A DNA stretch of 64,000 nt from an uncultured bacterium (GCA_902769585.1 CACXPT010000004.1:1689-65688), one strand, 5' to 3'; positions 24,643 through 43,028 are shown, numbered from the stretch's first letter. Program-made: numbers and translations. The notes: a model not told the origin generated them from the letters alone.

Positions 24643-25631
24643 TGAAGAAAAGCACAGTATCGGCACAGACAGTTCCCCAGCCCGCCACGGCGCGGAACGA
24701 GATCGTCGTCTACCAGCCGGACGAGACCATACGGCTGGATGTCCGCCTTGAGAACGAGACGGTGTGGTTGACTCAAGAGCAGATAGCCAACCTGTTCGGG
24801 ACGAAAAGACCTGCAATAACAAAACACCTTGCAAACATCTACAAGAGTGGCGAATTGGAACGCGAGGGCACATGTTCCATTTTGGAACACATGGGCAATG
24901 ACGGGAAACAGGTGTATCGAACTAGGTTCTATAATCTTGATGCCATCCTGTCTGTAGGTTATCGCGTCAATAGTCGCAATGCAACTGTGTTCCGACGCTG
25001 GGCGACGCAAGTCCTTAAGGACTATCTTCTCAAAGGGTACGCATTTAGCCAGCGCCTGAACCAGCTGGAGGACAAGGTCGACCGGCGGCTTGCACAACAT
25101 GACCATGAGATCGTCGAACTGAAGGACAAGGTCGATTTCTTCGTCCAGACTTCTCTGCCCCCTGTGCGGGGCGTGTTCTACAATGATCAGGTGTTCGACG
25201 CGAGCGTGTTCGCGGCGCGTCACATCCTCTCCGCGAAGAAGTCGATCTTCCTCATCGACAGCTGGGTGGACGTGGTGACGCTGGAGCTTCTTGCGAAGAA
25301 GGCGAAGGGCGTGACTGTGGAGATCGTCACGTCGCGGCGCGGCAACAAGATATCGACTAGCGACATCGCGAAGTTCAACGCGCAGCACGGCGGCCTTCTG
25401 GTTCGCACGAGTAAGAACTTCCATGACCGTTTCCTGATCATAGACGATACGACGCTCTTCCTTGTGGGCGCGTCGCTGAAGGACCTCGGCTGCAAGTGTT
25501 TCGCCTTCGCGAAGCTCGACGCATCATTCATTCCAGCCCTGAAGGCGAGGGTATGGAAAAGGCGAAGCCGCCAAGATGGCGGCTGTCCCAGCCATAAAGC
25601 CGTCGGGACGTTGTGGCGGGTTGGTTTATAA
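24642..25631 (+). CDS. RhuM-family protein with the same C-terminal PLD-like module
   Basis: Start at MKKSTVSA. IVVYQPDETIRLDVRLENETVWLTQEQIANLFGTKRPAITKHLANIYKSGEL...YNLDAILSVGYRVNSRNATVFRRWATQVLKDYLLKGY matches the RhuM signature. The C-terminus contains FHDRFLIIDDTTLFLVGASLKDLG (from 25422). The last roughly 25 codons run into a copy of the AAGATGGCGGC repeat. Confidence 0.8.
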   Translation: MKKSTVSAQTVPQPATARNEIVVYQPDETIRLDVRLENETVWLTQEQIANLFGTKRPAITKHLANIYKSGELEREGTCSILEHMGNDGKQVYRTRFYNLDAILSVGYRVNSRNATVFRRWATQVLKDYLLKGYAFSQRLNQLEDKVDRRLAQHDHEIVELKDKVDFFVQTSLPPVRGVFYNDQVFDASVFAARHILSAKKSIFLIDSWVDVVTLELLAKKAKGVTVEIVTSRRGNKISTSDIAKFNAQHGGLLVRTSKNFHDRFLIIDDTTLFLVGASLKDLGCKCFAFAKLDASFIPALKARVWKRRSRQDGGCPSHKAVGTLWRVGL

Positions 25632-25704
25632 TGTATAAAAAGAGGCGATGAGCGTCATGGATTACCTGATAAGTATGTAGTGAAAAGTTTCATCTGCTTT
25701 CGGC

Positions 25705-25733
25705 TTGCGGGTGGGGGCATCTTTTGCTATACT
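25705..25733 (+). promoter_or_regulatory. Candidate sigma70-type promoter for rpoBC: TTGCGG - 17 nt - TATACT
   Basis: Read directly. It would give a roughly 140-nt leader before rpoB. No experimental support. Confidence 0.4.
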
Positions 25734-25877
25734 TTAAGCTTCACCGCCGAAACAGTTAACAAAGTGGTCGCTTACCACACTTCATTCGCGGTGAAATGTC
25801 GATTTCAGGTAAAAAAAACGAACGGCGTGGACCCTTGAGCGTGCGAGAGGGCGAGCGCAACAGACAAAGGTAAGCTA

Positions 25878-29828
<3,951 letters not shown>

Positions 29829-29867
29829 CGTCAACAAGTCAATTTCGCGAACAGGAGAAGCGTTCAC

Positions 29868-34283
<4,416 letters not shown>

Positions 34284-34320
34284 AGAGGCATAGGCCACTG
34301 AACAGTCGTTAGACTGCATC

Positions 34321-34360
34321 AAAAAGGATTCCCCTCCTGGTGGAGCGGGAATCCTTTTTT
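34321..34360 (+). terminator. Rho-independent terminator after rpoC
   Basis: AAAAAGGATTCCC-ctcctggtggagc-GGGAATCCTTTTTT. The A-tract / U-tract symmetry suggests it could act bidirectionally. Confidence 0.75.
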
Positions 34361-34410
34361 GCGCCGGCCCTATGCGCGATGCCGTCCGTCGTCCACTGAC
34401 CACGAAATTG

Positions 34411-34419
34411 TGGTATACT
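34411..34419 (+). promoter_or_regulatory. Extended -10 TGGTATACT, 7 nt upstream of the ATG at 34427 (leaderless-type)
   Basis: ttgTGGTATACTaggcggcATGgag; no Shine-Dalgarno. Confidence 0.5.
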
Positions 34420-34426
34420 AGGCGGC

Positions 34427-36031
34427 ATGGAGAAAATTGCAACAGACACCTATTCGTTCGCCGACATCCGTAAGGGCGGGTTCGTGTACGTCGACAAGAC
34501 GGCGATTCTGAAGATTCTTGCCGATGGCTCGATCGGCAAGCAGTTCTTCATTGCGCGCCCGCGGCGGTTCGGGAAGTCGCTCGCGATCTCCACGCTCCAG
34601 TGCCTGTTCGAGGGGCGGCGCGAGCTTTTCAAGGGGCTTGCGATCGAGCCGGAGTGGGACTGGACGGAGACGTATCCCGTCCTGAAGCTCGACATGGGAT
34701 CCTGCCAGGCCGCATCCGTCTCCGAGCTCTGGACGAAGATAAACACGATGCTCAAGGCGGAATCCGAGCGTCTGGGCGTGCCACTCCGGGCGGACGAGCC
34801 GACTTCGGGGAAGTTCCGCTTCCTCATGTCCGACATGATCGCCGCAGCCGACCGCCAGGCGAAGGCGAAGGATCCGCAGGCGCACGTCGACAAGATGGTG
34901 CTGCTCGTCGACGAGTACGACAAGCCGCTCCTCGGGCATTTGGGCAGGAGCGACGTCGATGAGATTCGCGACGCGCTCAAGGAGTTCTATTCGGTCATCA
35001 AGACGTGCGAAGGATTCCAGCGCTTCGCGTTCATCACGGGCGTCAGCAAGTTCTCCAAGGTATCGATCTTCTCCGACCTCAACAACCTCAACGAGTTCTC
35101 GATGGATGCGCGGGTCGCGACGCTCTTCGGCTACACGCACGAGGAGGTGAAGGCGAATTTCCCCGAATCGCTCAAGGCGCTCGGAGACAAGCGCGATTTG
35201 GATGCCGAGGGGACTTTCGCGAAGCTGGTGCAGTGGTACGACGGATACCGCTTCCATCATGAGGCACAGCCGGTCTTCAATCCGGTCTCAGTCGGCAAGT
35301 GCCTGTCCACACGGCAGTTCGACGCGTACTGGTTCGAGACGGGGACGCCCGCGTTTCTCCTGAAGCTCATGGAGCAGAACCCGGTGACGATGGACGACGT
35401 CGAGATTCCGCAGACGGCATTCTCGGTCTACGAGCCCGCAAGGCCAGGACTGATGCCCATCCTCTACCAGACGGGCTACCTTACCATCAAGAGCGCGCGA
35501 GACGACGGCGGCATTCGCCTCTACCGCCTCGTCCAGCCGAACTTCGAGGTCGCGACGGCGTTCAGCCAGTCGCTGTCCGCCGAATTCGCGCACCTCGACG
35601 AGCTGGAGCACGCCACGCTCCTCACGCAGATGGTCGAGGCGCTCCGCCACGACGACGTGAACGACATGCTCGACGCGCTGTCGTGCTTCTTCGCGAACAT
35701 CCCCGCGAACATCACGGTGAAGCGCGAGAAGTACTACCAGACGCTCTTCTACGCGGTGTTCGTCCTGATCGGCGCGCGCACGCGCGCCGAGTGCTGGACG
35801 AACCGGGGGCGCATCGACGCCGTGGTGGAGACGCCCTGCGGGATCTACGTCTTCGAGTTCAAGCTGAACGACACGGCCTCCGCCGCGCTCGCGCAGATCA
35901 AAGCGAAGGGCTACCACGAGAAGTACCTCCGCAGCGGAAAGAAGGTGACGCTCGTCGGCGCGGCCTTCGACGCGGAGATGCGCAACCTCTCCGACCGCCA
36001 GATCGAGATTTGCGCGGAGGTCTTGAAGTAG
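34427..36031 (+). CDS. AAA-ATPase-like protein with a C-terminal PD-(D/E)XK (PDDEXK_9-type) domain
   Basis: 534 aa. FADIRKGGFVYVDKTAILKIL...FFIARPRRFGKSLAISTL...VLLVDEYDKPL at the N-terminus. RIDAVVETPCGIYVFEFKLN...AL.QIKAKGYHEKY at the C-terminus. This is the typical architecture of the family. Confidence 0.8.
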   Translation: MEKIATDTYSFADIRKGGFVYVDKTAILKILADGSIGKQFFIARPRRFGKSLAISTLQCLFEGRRELFKGLAIEPEWDWTETYPVLKLDMGSCQAASVSELWTKINTMLKAESERLGVPLRADEPTSGKFRFLMSDMIAAADRQAKAKDPQAHVDKMVLLVDEYDKPLLGHLGRSDVDEIRDALKEFYSVIKTCEGFQRFAFITGVSKFSKVSIFSDLNNLNEFSMDARVATLFGYTHEEVKANFPESLKALGDKRDLDAEGTFAKLVQWYDGYRFHHEAQPVFNPVSVGKCLSTRQFDAYWFETGTPAFLLKLMEQNPVTMDDVEIPQTAFSVYEPARPGLMPILYQTGYLTIKSARDDGGIRLYRLVQPNFEVATAFSQSLSAEFAHLDELEHATLLTQMVEALRHDDVNDMLDALSCFFANIPANITVKREKYYQTLFYAVFVLIGARTRAECWTNRGRIDAVVETPCGIYVFEFKLNDTASAALAQIKAKGYHEKYLRSGKKVTLVGAAFDAEMRNLSDRQIEICAEVLK

Positions 36032-36183
36032 GATCGGTCAGAAAGTAGGATCGGTCAGAGCGAATTGAACTTCGGCTGTCGCGAATTTCGGCTTGCGCGA
36101 AAAGTCTGGAATATGATATGATTACCCCGTCTACAATCCTAGGAAGGTAACTTATGCGCGCCGAAGAGAAATCGAGCAGAGAG

Positions 36184-38364
36184 ATGAAGAAACTGGCCTT
36201 TGTGGTGTGCCTGGCGGCGGCGCTGGCTTACGGCGCCGATGTCGTCTATATGCCGAACGCGAAGGAGAACGGCATCTACGACTGGAGAACGGTGGGCAAC
36301 TGGTATACGGTCAACGGCGGCGCGTTGGGGGCGTTGCCGACGGCTGACGATACCGTGTATGTCACGAACACGACGTTCGCCACGGAATGGGTGGTCATAC
36401 CATCCGCCGCCGAAATCTCGATCAAGGCGCTCTATCTGCAAATGTACAAGAGCGGGAGCCCGCACGGTATCCGCATGAAGATCGACGGCGGCACGCTGAA
36501 TACGACAGCTTCGTCATTCGTGGGCCATCAGTATCCGGATACCGTCCTGTCCATCGAGAACGGCGGCAGGTGGAACGCCTCTTCTGACGTGCGCGTCGGG
36601 TACGGCGCGGCATCGAACTGCGTGTTGAGCATAGACAAGGACAGTGCGTTATATTGCAAGAACCTCTACATACACTACGGCGGCGGGACGGGCCCTACCG
36701 GTTGTCTTGCCGGGCGGGTGGAGAACCACGGTACCGTCTCGCTCACGGGAAAGTTTTGGATGTCGCACCGCGACAATGCCAGCAGCGCATACGGTTCTCG
36801 ACTTGACAACTATGGATCCTTCACGACGGCGAACTCGGAATTCCTCATCGGGCACGTGCACAGGTCGCACGCGGTGATCTGTAACCATGCAGGCGCGACG
36901 ATGACGATCGGCGCTGCGACGGCGTATATCGCCTATCAGACCAATTCGACGGCTTGCGTGACGAACGACGGAACCATGGCGGTGAAAAACTTCTCGCTGG
37001 GAGAGCGGGGCGGCTCCGTCGGCATTTTCAGGAACAATGGACAGTTGACAATCGACGCGGCCGGCGTCGTGTCGGTCGGCGGCGGTTCCGAAGCGGACGC
37101 GTCAGGCATTTTCGAGAACTACGGCACGGTTCTGTTTGGACAATCGCCTCAGCAGTTCAACATCGGGAACTACGGTTACGGGCGTTTCGTGGTTGCACAC
37201 GACATGAACTATCCTGACTGCACAAACGAAGGCAAGAGAAAAACCATTTACCTTGGCGTGAAAGCGGACTGCAACGCATACGGCGAGCTGATCATCACGA
37301 ACGGCGCGACGCTGACGATGACGAACGGATATGTCTCCATCGGCCAGCAGACATTGGGGACTGGCGTGGTGGAACTGCACGAAGGATCTCGCCTGGAGGC
37401 GCCCTGCTCGGTCACCGTCGGCCCTTCGGCAGGTTCAATCAACAACGTCCTGCGCATGCGCGGCGGAGAATTGCTCCTGCTGAACAATGCGACGGCAGCT
37501 TCATTTTCCCCCACGAACAAAAGCATTGCGGCCCTGACCGTAGGATCGCCTACGCATAATGCCGATCTCAGCAACGGCTTGTTGGAGGGTTGGGGCGTAA
37601 TCGGCAAGACGGATCCGGCGTCCAGCTCCGGAAACAACAAGGTTGGGCTTGTCCTCTACAACGGCGTGGTACGGGCAGACGGTGCCGGCGTGGCCCGGGA
37701 CTTGGACATGAGGTTGTTCCAAGACATGAACAAGACAGCCCCGTCGTCGAATTCGTGCGCTACGAACGGCTGGTATGCAGTGGGCAGGGGGCGTCTCCGC
37801 TATCCTGCGCGTTACCACGGCAGGGGAACGGCGCGCATCATCGGCGATTGCGCGACGCGTACCATCTCGACGGAGAACCTGCCGCTCGTCAACTCCTTTG
37901 GCGTCACGTTTCCCACGACGGACGATCAACTGCTCGCCAACCGCGCCATCTACGCGGATCTGTACGCGTCAGACCGCACGGACATGCCCGCCGGTCTGCC
38001 AGAAGCCTATCCGGGAGCGACGGCGCTCGGCGTGTGGCACATGGCCTTGTCCAGCGACGTAACGGAACCGAAGTCCAACAAAAAGGTCACAGGGTTCGGC
38101 TCGGCCGACATCCTGCTCCACTACGACAGGGTCAAGTTGATGAATCTGAAGAAGAATGGCGCGTGGCCGGGCGACTTGCAGCTGGCGTTCTGCGTCCATG
38201 ACGGCACGGCGGCGGGCGGCTGGCGCACGGTGGCGTGCGTGCAGCCGAGCGACAATTCGCCGTTCATCACGGGACGCGTGACCGAATCGAGCGAGACGTG
38301 GAACCTCGGCTGGTTTGCCGTCGTGCCGGTCCGGCAAGCCGGAACCATGGTCATCTTCCGCTAA
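36184..38364 (+). CDS. Secreted repeat protein (signal peptide; probably beta-helix/adhesin-like)
   Basis: Start at MKKLAFVVCLAAALAYG (signal peptide). Gly/Asn/Thr-rich repeats. No catalytic motif recognised. Confidence 0.55.
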   Translation: MKKLAFVVCLAAALAYGADVVYMPNAKENGIYDWRTVGNWYTVNGGALGALPTADDTVYVTNTTFATEWVVIPSAAEISIKALYLQMYKSGSPHGIRMKIDGGTLNTTASSFVGHQYPDTVLSIENGGRWNASSDVRVGYGAASNCVLSIDKDSALYCKNLYIHYGGGTGPTGCLAGRVENHGTVSLTGKFWMSHRDNASSAYGSRLDNYGSFTTANSEFLIGHVHRSHAVICNHAGATMTIGAATAYIAYQTNSTACVTNDGTMAVKNFSLGERGGSVGIFRNNGQLTIDAAGVVSVGGGSEADASGIFENYGTVLFGQSPQQFNIGNYGYGRFVVAHDMNYPDCTNEGKRKTIYLGVKADCNAYGELIITNGATLTMTNGYVSIGQQTLGTGVVELHEGSRLEAPCSVTVGPSAGSINNVLRMRGGELLLLNNATAASFSPTNKSIAALTVGSPTHNADLSNGLLEGWGVIGKTDPASSSGNNKVGLVLYNGVVRADGAGVARDLDMRLFQDMNKTAPSSNSCATNGWYAVGRGRLRYPARYHGRGTARIIGDCATRTISTENLPLVNSFGVTFPTTDDQLLANRAIYADLYASDRTDMPAGLPEAYPGATALGVWHMALSSDVTEPKSNKKVTGFGSADILLHYDRVKLMNLKKNGAWPGDLQLAFCVHDGTAAGGWRTVACVQPSDNSPFITGRVTESSETWNLGWFAVVPVRQAGTMVIFR

Positions 38365-38404
38365 CCTGCGCCCTGTAAGGAAGTTATAGAAGAGGAGGAT
38401 GCAC

Positions 38405-40510
38405 ATGAAGATGATGCTGGCTGTTTGCCTCGCGGGTGCGTGCTGCGCCGCAGGTGCGGAGGGCGAGACTGGCAAGGTGTTCGGCAAGCCCGTGAAGGTG
38501 GAGGGAACCGCGTCCAAGATGATGGCGGTGTGTCTGGACGGCAATCGCCTCTATGCAGGCGGCGGGCCGGATTTCTACGTGTTCGACGTGGCCGAGCCGC
38601 TCAAGCTGAAGATGCTAGGGCACCTGGACGGGCTTGCGGGCGTGCGGCAGATCGCGGTGCGTAACGGCATGGCGTACGTCTCCGCGCGCGAGGCGGGGCT
38701 GTGGATCATCGACGCCACGGATCCTGCGCACCCGCGCGTCCGCTCGCGCTTCGACTGCTGCGAGCTCGCGACGGGGGTGGACGTGGCGGGCGACGTGGTA
38801 TTCCTCGGCCAGCGGCAGAACGGCGTGGAGTTCATCGACGTGTCCGATCCCGACAACCCTGCGCACATAGCCATGCGCAAGACGGACGAGTCGCAGAGCG
38901 TGAAGTACAGGGACGGCTACGTCTACTCCGGCGACTGGGGGTCGGGCAAGCTGACGGTGTTCGACGCGCGCGACATGAAGAACATCCGGCAGGTGGCCTA
39001 CGAGGATCTTTGGGGATATGGCGATGGCGTGTGGCTGAAGGGGAAGTACCTATACGCCTCGACGGGGCACCACGCGAAGCACCGCGACCTCGCGACGCTC
39101 CCGTACAAGGGTGTCGATTCGGAGGCATTGCGCCTTCATGGCGGCGCGGGTCCGGGCGCGGGATGCGGACACGGCCTCGATATCTTCGACGTGTCCGATC
39201 CCACGCATCCGCAGCGAGTGGGGCGCGCGGACTACCCGCCCATGTACGAGCGCGGTCTCGACATGTGGACGCCGCGCACGAGCGCGAACTCGGACATCGT
39301 GTTCTGCGCGGCCACGCACAACGGCCTCTTCGCCGTCGACTGCTCCAACCCCGCGAAGCCGAAGGTGGTGGACCGCTGGACGTCGCCAGAGGCGGACCAT
39401 CCCGAAAAGCCCAGCTGCTGCATCGGCTCCGTGGCCGTGGGCAATGGATGCGTGTACGTGGCCGGCATGGGCTGCGGGCTCGTGGTGATGCCCGCGAAAG
39501 GCGCGGCGCAGGAGACGTTTGACCAGGGCGTGCTGCCCGCGAACGCCTCGTTCCGCGAGCCGTATCCCACGGACGAGGGGGAGTTCTGGGTGTGGAAGCC
39601 CTCCAAGCCAGGCCAGGCGCGCGCCGTGGCGGTGGCAGGCGACGTGGTGTACGCCGCCTGCGGCGACGCGGGACTTCATGTGCTGAAGGTGAAGCCGGAA
39701 GGGGGCTTCGAAAAGATCGGCGAGCTGGTTGGGCATCCGCGCGTCTTCGACGTGCAGGTGGACGGCACGCGCCTCTATACGGCGGAGGGACTGGACGGCT
39801 TCGGCTTCTACGAGATTGACGGTCCGACGGGGTTCCGCGAGATCGGCCGCCTGCCGCAGATCGGGTCCGCCCACAACGTGGCGCTCTGCGTGTGGACCGC
39901 GGACCGCGACCATCTGGTGCTGTCATCGCGAAACGGCGGATGCCGTCTGTTCGACATTTCCGATATTACGCATCCGAAGGACCTCTGCCGCTTCGGGAAG
40001 TGTCCGGGCTGGGACAAGTACATGATGGACGAGCCGATTGGCGGCGGGCAGTACATAGCGTACAACAGCGCGAACAACAACATCACGTGGATCGATCTCC
40101 TTGCCCAGCCGAAGCCGCGCGTCTCGACCATCACGAAGTACAACTACATCTCGCTGAGCAACGGCATCTGCCGCTTCGACGACAGTCGGGCGCTCGCGAC
40201 GAAGGGGGCTGGTTACATGTTCATCGCGCCGAACCAGGGCGATCCGCCCGATCATTCGCGCTGGAAGGTAAATCCGTTGCCAGGACCTCACCTGAGCGGC
40301 ATTCCGCGCAAGGATCCTAACGGCACGCGCGTGGTGAAGACGTGCCGCATCAATCGCGAAGTTGCGCTCTACGATTTCGCCGATCCGGAGAAGCCCCTGT
40401 TCCTGAAGCATTGGAAGGTGTCCGGCAATCCCGACATCGCTGCCTTCCACAAGGGAAAGGTCATCATCCCCTGCGGGCACCAGGGCGTCCTGCTCCAGAA
40501 GAAGAAATGA
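38405..40510 (+). CDS. Secreted beta-propeller protein with LVIVD-like repeats
   Basis: A GGAGG Shine-Dalgarno lies 6 nt before the ATG at 38405 (MKMMLAVCLAGACCAAG). Repeats include LYAGGGPDFYVFDVAEPLKLKML, GLWIIDATDPAHPRV, GVEFIDVSDPDNPAH, GLDIFDVSDPTHPQRV and CRLFDISDITHPKD. Confidence 0.65.
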   Translation: MKMMLAVCLAGACCAAGAEGETGKVFGKPVKVEGTASKMMAVCLDGNRLYAGGGPDFYVFDVAEPLKLKMLGHLDGLAGVRQIAVRNGMAYVSAREAGLWIIDATDPAHPRVRSRFDCCELATGVDVAGDVVFLGQRQNGVEFIDVSDPDNPAHIAMRKTDESQSVKYRDGYVYSGDWGSGKLTVFDARDMKNIRQVAYEDLWGYGDGVWLKGKYLYASTGHHAKHRDLATLPYKGVDSEALRLHGGAGPGAGCGHGLDIFDVSDPTHPQRVGRADYPPMYERGLDMWTPRTSANSDIVFCAATHNGLFAVDCSNPAKPKVVDRWTSPEADHPEKPSCCIGSVAVGNGCVYVAGMGCGLVVMPAKGAAQETFDQGVLPANASFREPYPTDEGEFWVWKPSKPGQARAVAVAGDVVYAACGDAGLHVLKVKPEGGFEKIGELVGHPRVFDVQVDGTRLYTAEGLDGFGFYEIDGPTGFREIGRLPQIGSAHNVALCVWTADRDHLVLSSRNGGCRLFDISDITHPKDLCRFGKCPGWDKYMMDEPIGGGQYIAYNSANNNITWIDLLAQPKPRVSTITKYNYISLSNGICRFDDSRALATKGAGYMFIAPNQGDPPDHSRWKVNPLPGPHLSGIPRKDPNGTRVVKTCRINREVALYDFADPEKPLFLKHWKVSGNPDIAAFHKGKVIIPCGHQGVLLQKKK

Positions 40511-40535
40511 TGCCCTGCATCTGACGCGCCGGATT

Positions 40536-40544
40536 TGGTAAACT
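40536..40544 (+). promoter_or_regulatory. Extended -10 TGGTAAACT, 7 nt upstream of the ATG at 40552 (leaderless-type)
   Basis: ggatTTGGTAAACTatccggcATGaaa; no Shine-Dalgarno. Confidence 0.45.
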
Positions 40545-40551
40545 ATCCGGC

Positions 40552-42942
40552 ATGAAACCAAGTTTTCGCGAAGACGCCGTAGTAATTCTCGCAGCCTCGT
40601 TCATAGCCACCGTGCTCGCGGTGCATGCCGTGCCTGATCCCGAAGCCGTTTTCCGCAATCCGCCGCAGAGCGCCAAGACAGGCGTATGGTGGCACTGGAT
40701 GGGCTGTAACGTCACGAAGGAGGGGATCGTCAAGGATCTCGACTGGTTCAAGGAAGTTGGCATCGGTGCCGCGACGATATTCGGCATGGCGGACATCTGC
40801 TCGCCGTGGGCCACGAAGATCAAGAACAGCCCCACGGACGGACTGGTCGCGTTTACGCCGGAGTGGTGGGGGCTCGTGCGCTTCGCCTGCGAGGAAGCGG
40901 AGAGGCGCGGCATCGAGATTGGCGTCCACAACTGCCCTGGCTACACCTCGACGGGCGGACCGTGGATCCCGCCGCGCCTCGCGATGCGCGAGCTCGTGTT
41001 CAACGTCACGAACGCCGAGGCGCAGATATCGCTCTCCGCACACGCGGCGTTTCCAGTTCAGGACGGCGCGACGGGCGAATTCAAGAAGCCCGATATTCCA
41101 AGTCGTCGTACGGACCTTCAGGAAATCGCCGTTGTGGAGGGCGTCCGCGTCCAGCACATCCCGATGGGCTCCTTCACGCAGCCCAACCAGTGGGAGACGT
41201 TCGGCCTCGAGTGCGACAAGATGAACCCGGAGGCGGTGGCGTTCCACCTCGACCGTGTCCTCGGCGACATGAGGAAATACGTCGGCGACCAGATGGGAAG
41301 GGGACTCAAATTCGTCCTGCTCGACTCATACGAGGCCGGCAGGCCCACCTGGACGCCCAACATGCGCGCCGAGTTCAAGGCGCGGCGCGGATACGATCCG
41401 CTGCCGTATCTGCCGATTCTCGGAGGGTTCAAGGTGTCCGTCGCGAAGGACAAGGCGGCGGAGAAGAAGTTCCGAGACGACTACGACCGCACGATCAAGG
41501 ATTTGTACCGCGATGTCCTGTTCAAGATTATGCACGAGAAGCTTGCGGCGGCAGGCCTTGAATTTGCCTGCGAACCGTACACAGGACCGTTCGAGAGCCG
41601 CGAATGCGCCGCGCACGTGGATCGGCTGATGACCGAGTTTTGGTTCCGTCCGCAGCTCGACCGCAAGATCCCCGGTCCGCTTGGATGGGACCAATGGACG
41701 GGTCCGGGCGGCAAGCGCCACAACGTCATCGAGGCGGAAGCGTTCACGTCCGGCCCGCCGTCGTGCAACTGGGACGAGACGCCGTATCTCCTGAAGGCCG
41801 CGTCGGACACGCAGTTCGACCGAGGCGTGAACCGCATGACGCTCCATACGTGTCCGCTCCAGCCGTGGGGCGACGACGTTCTCCCCGGCAAGGTGATGGG
41901 ACGCTGGGGCACGCACTTCGGGCGCACCCAGACGTGGGCGACGAGCGGCAGGGGCTGGTTCACGTACCTCAACCGCTGCCAGGCGCTTCTCCAGTGGGGC
42001 GAGCCAAGCCAGGCGAAGATCGACGGACTCGACATCACCCCTCGCGGAACGCCACTTACTGCCCGCGCACGCGAGGCGGACGGCAATCTCGTGTTCTTCG
42101 TGGTGAACCACTCCGACCATCCCGCTTCCATGAACATGCGTCTGCCCGACGTGGGCAAGGCGGCGGAGTGGTTCGACCCAGTCACGGGGTGCATCGCCCC
42201 GCTTGCGATCGTGAACAGGTGCGCCGCCATCCAGCTCGCGCCGTGCGGCAGCGGGTTCCTCGTCCTGCGCAAGCCCGCCGACTCGCTCGCGCCGAACGCG
42301 GACAGCGACTACTACCAGAAGCTCGCCAAGCCGTTCGCGAACAGCGACACGGGCGACGCGCTCCGCCTTGTGCGTCCATGGCGCGTCACGTTTGGCGGGA
42401 AGACGGTGGAGATGGCGGCGCTCTGCGACTGGACTTCCCACGTTGACCATGACGTGAAGTATTTCAGCGGCACGGCAGTCTATCGCACGAGTTTTACTGT
42501 TGAACGTCGGCAGGCGACTGCCGGTCTATCGGTCTTGTCGCTTGGGAATTGCAACGGGCAGATTGCGAAGGTGATTCTCAACGGCAAGGCGTTCGAGCCG
42601 GTGTGGTGCGAGCCGTACGAGGTGCGTCTTGCGGAGGGCGACATGAAGGAGGGCGGGAACACGCTGGAAATCGAGTTCACGAACGTGTGGGCGAACAGGC
42701 TCATTGGCGACGAGCAGGAACCGTCAGACTGCACGTTCGTGAAGGCCCCATATCCCGGCGGATGGTACCTTGAGGGGTTTCCGGGCTGGTTCAAGGAAGG
42801 GATGTCGGCGCGTCCGTTGAAGGGGCGCAAGTGCTTCACCGACTGGAACTACTTCACGAAGGATTCCAAGCTCACGCCTTCCGGGCTGCTCGGGCCAGTG
42901 ACTGTACGGGAGTTCAAGATCGTCAACATCCAGGTGCGGTGA
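40552..42942 (+). CDS. Secreted glycoside hydrolase (GH106-like TIM-barrel type with a galactose-binding-like C-terminal domain)
   Basis: 796 aa. Signal/anchor, then FRNPPQSAKTGVWWHWMGCNVTKEGIVKDLDWFKEVGIGAATIF. This resembles the N-terminal signature I associate with GH106-type and related large Bacteroides-type hydrolases. The family assignment is from memory only. Confidence 0.5.
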   Translation: MKPSFREDAVVILAASFIATVLAVHAVPDPEAVFRNPPQSAKTGVWWHWMGCNVTKEGIVKDLDWFKEVGIGAATIFGMADICSPWATKIKNSPTDGLVAFTPEWWGLVRFACEEAERRGIEIGVHNCPGYTSTGGPWIPPRLAMRELVFNVTNAEAQISLSAHAAFPVQDGATGEFKKPDIPSRRTDLQEIAVVEGVRVQHIPMGSFTQPNQWETFGLECDKMNPEAVAFHLDRVLGDMRKYVGDQMGRGLKFVLLDSYEAGRPTWTPNMRAEFKARRGYDPLPYLPILGGFKVSVAKDKAAEKKFRDDYDRTIKDLYRDVLFKIMHEKLAAAGLEFACEPYTGPFESRECAAHVDRLMTEFWFRPQLDRKIPGPLGWDQWTGPGGKRHNVIEAEAFTSGPPSCNWDETPYLLKAASDTQFDRGVNRMTLHTCPLQPWGDDVLPGKVMGRWGTHFGRTQTWATSGRGWFTYLNRCQALLQWGEPSQAKIDGLDITPRGTPLTARAREADGNLVFFVVNHSDHPASMNMRLPDVGKAAEWFDPVTGCIAPLAIVNRCAAIQLAPCGSGFLVLRKPADSLAPNADSDYYQKLAKPFANSDTGDALRLVRPWRVTFGGKTVEMAALCDWTSHVDHDVKYFSGTAVYRTSFTVERRQATAGLSVLSLGNCNGQIAKVILNGKAFEPVWCEPYEVRLAEGDMKEGGNTLEIEFTNVWANRLIGDEQEPSDCTFVKAPYPGGWYLEGFPGWFKEGMSARPLKGRKCFTDWNYFTKDSKLTPSGLLGPVTVREFKIVNIQVR

Positions 42943-43028
42943 AAAGCGACAGATCGGCGTTCGCGAGTGTCGCGAGTTGTGCCAGGGGGTGGGTTGTGGT
43001 AAAATGAGCGCGAAAGGAATAGAAGAAA

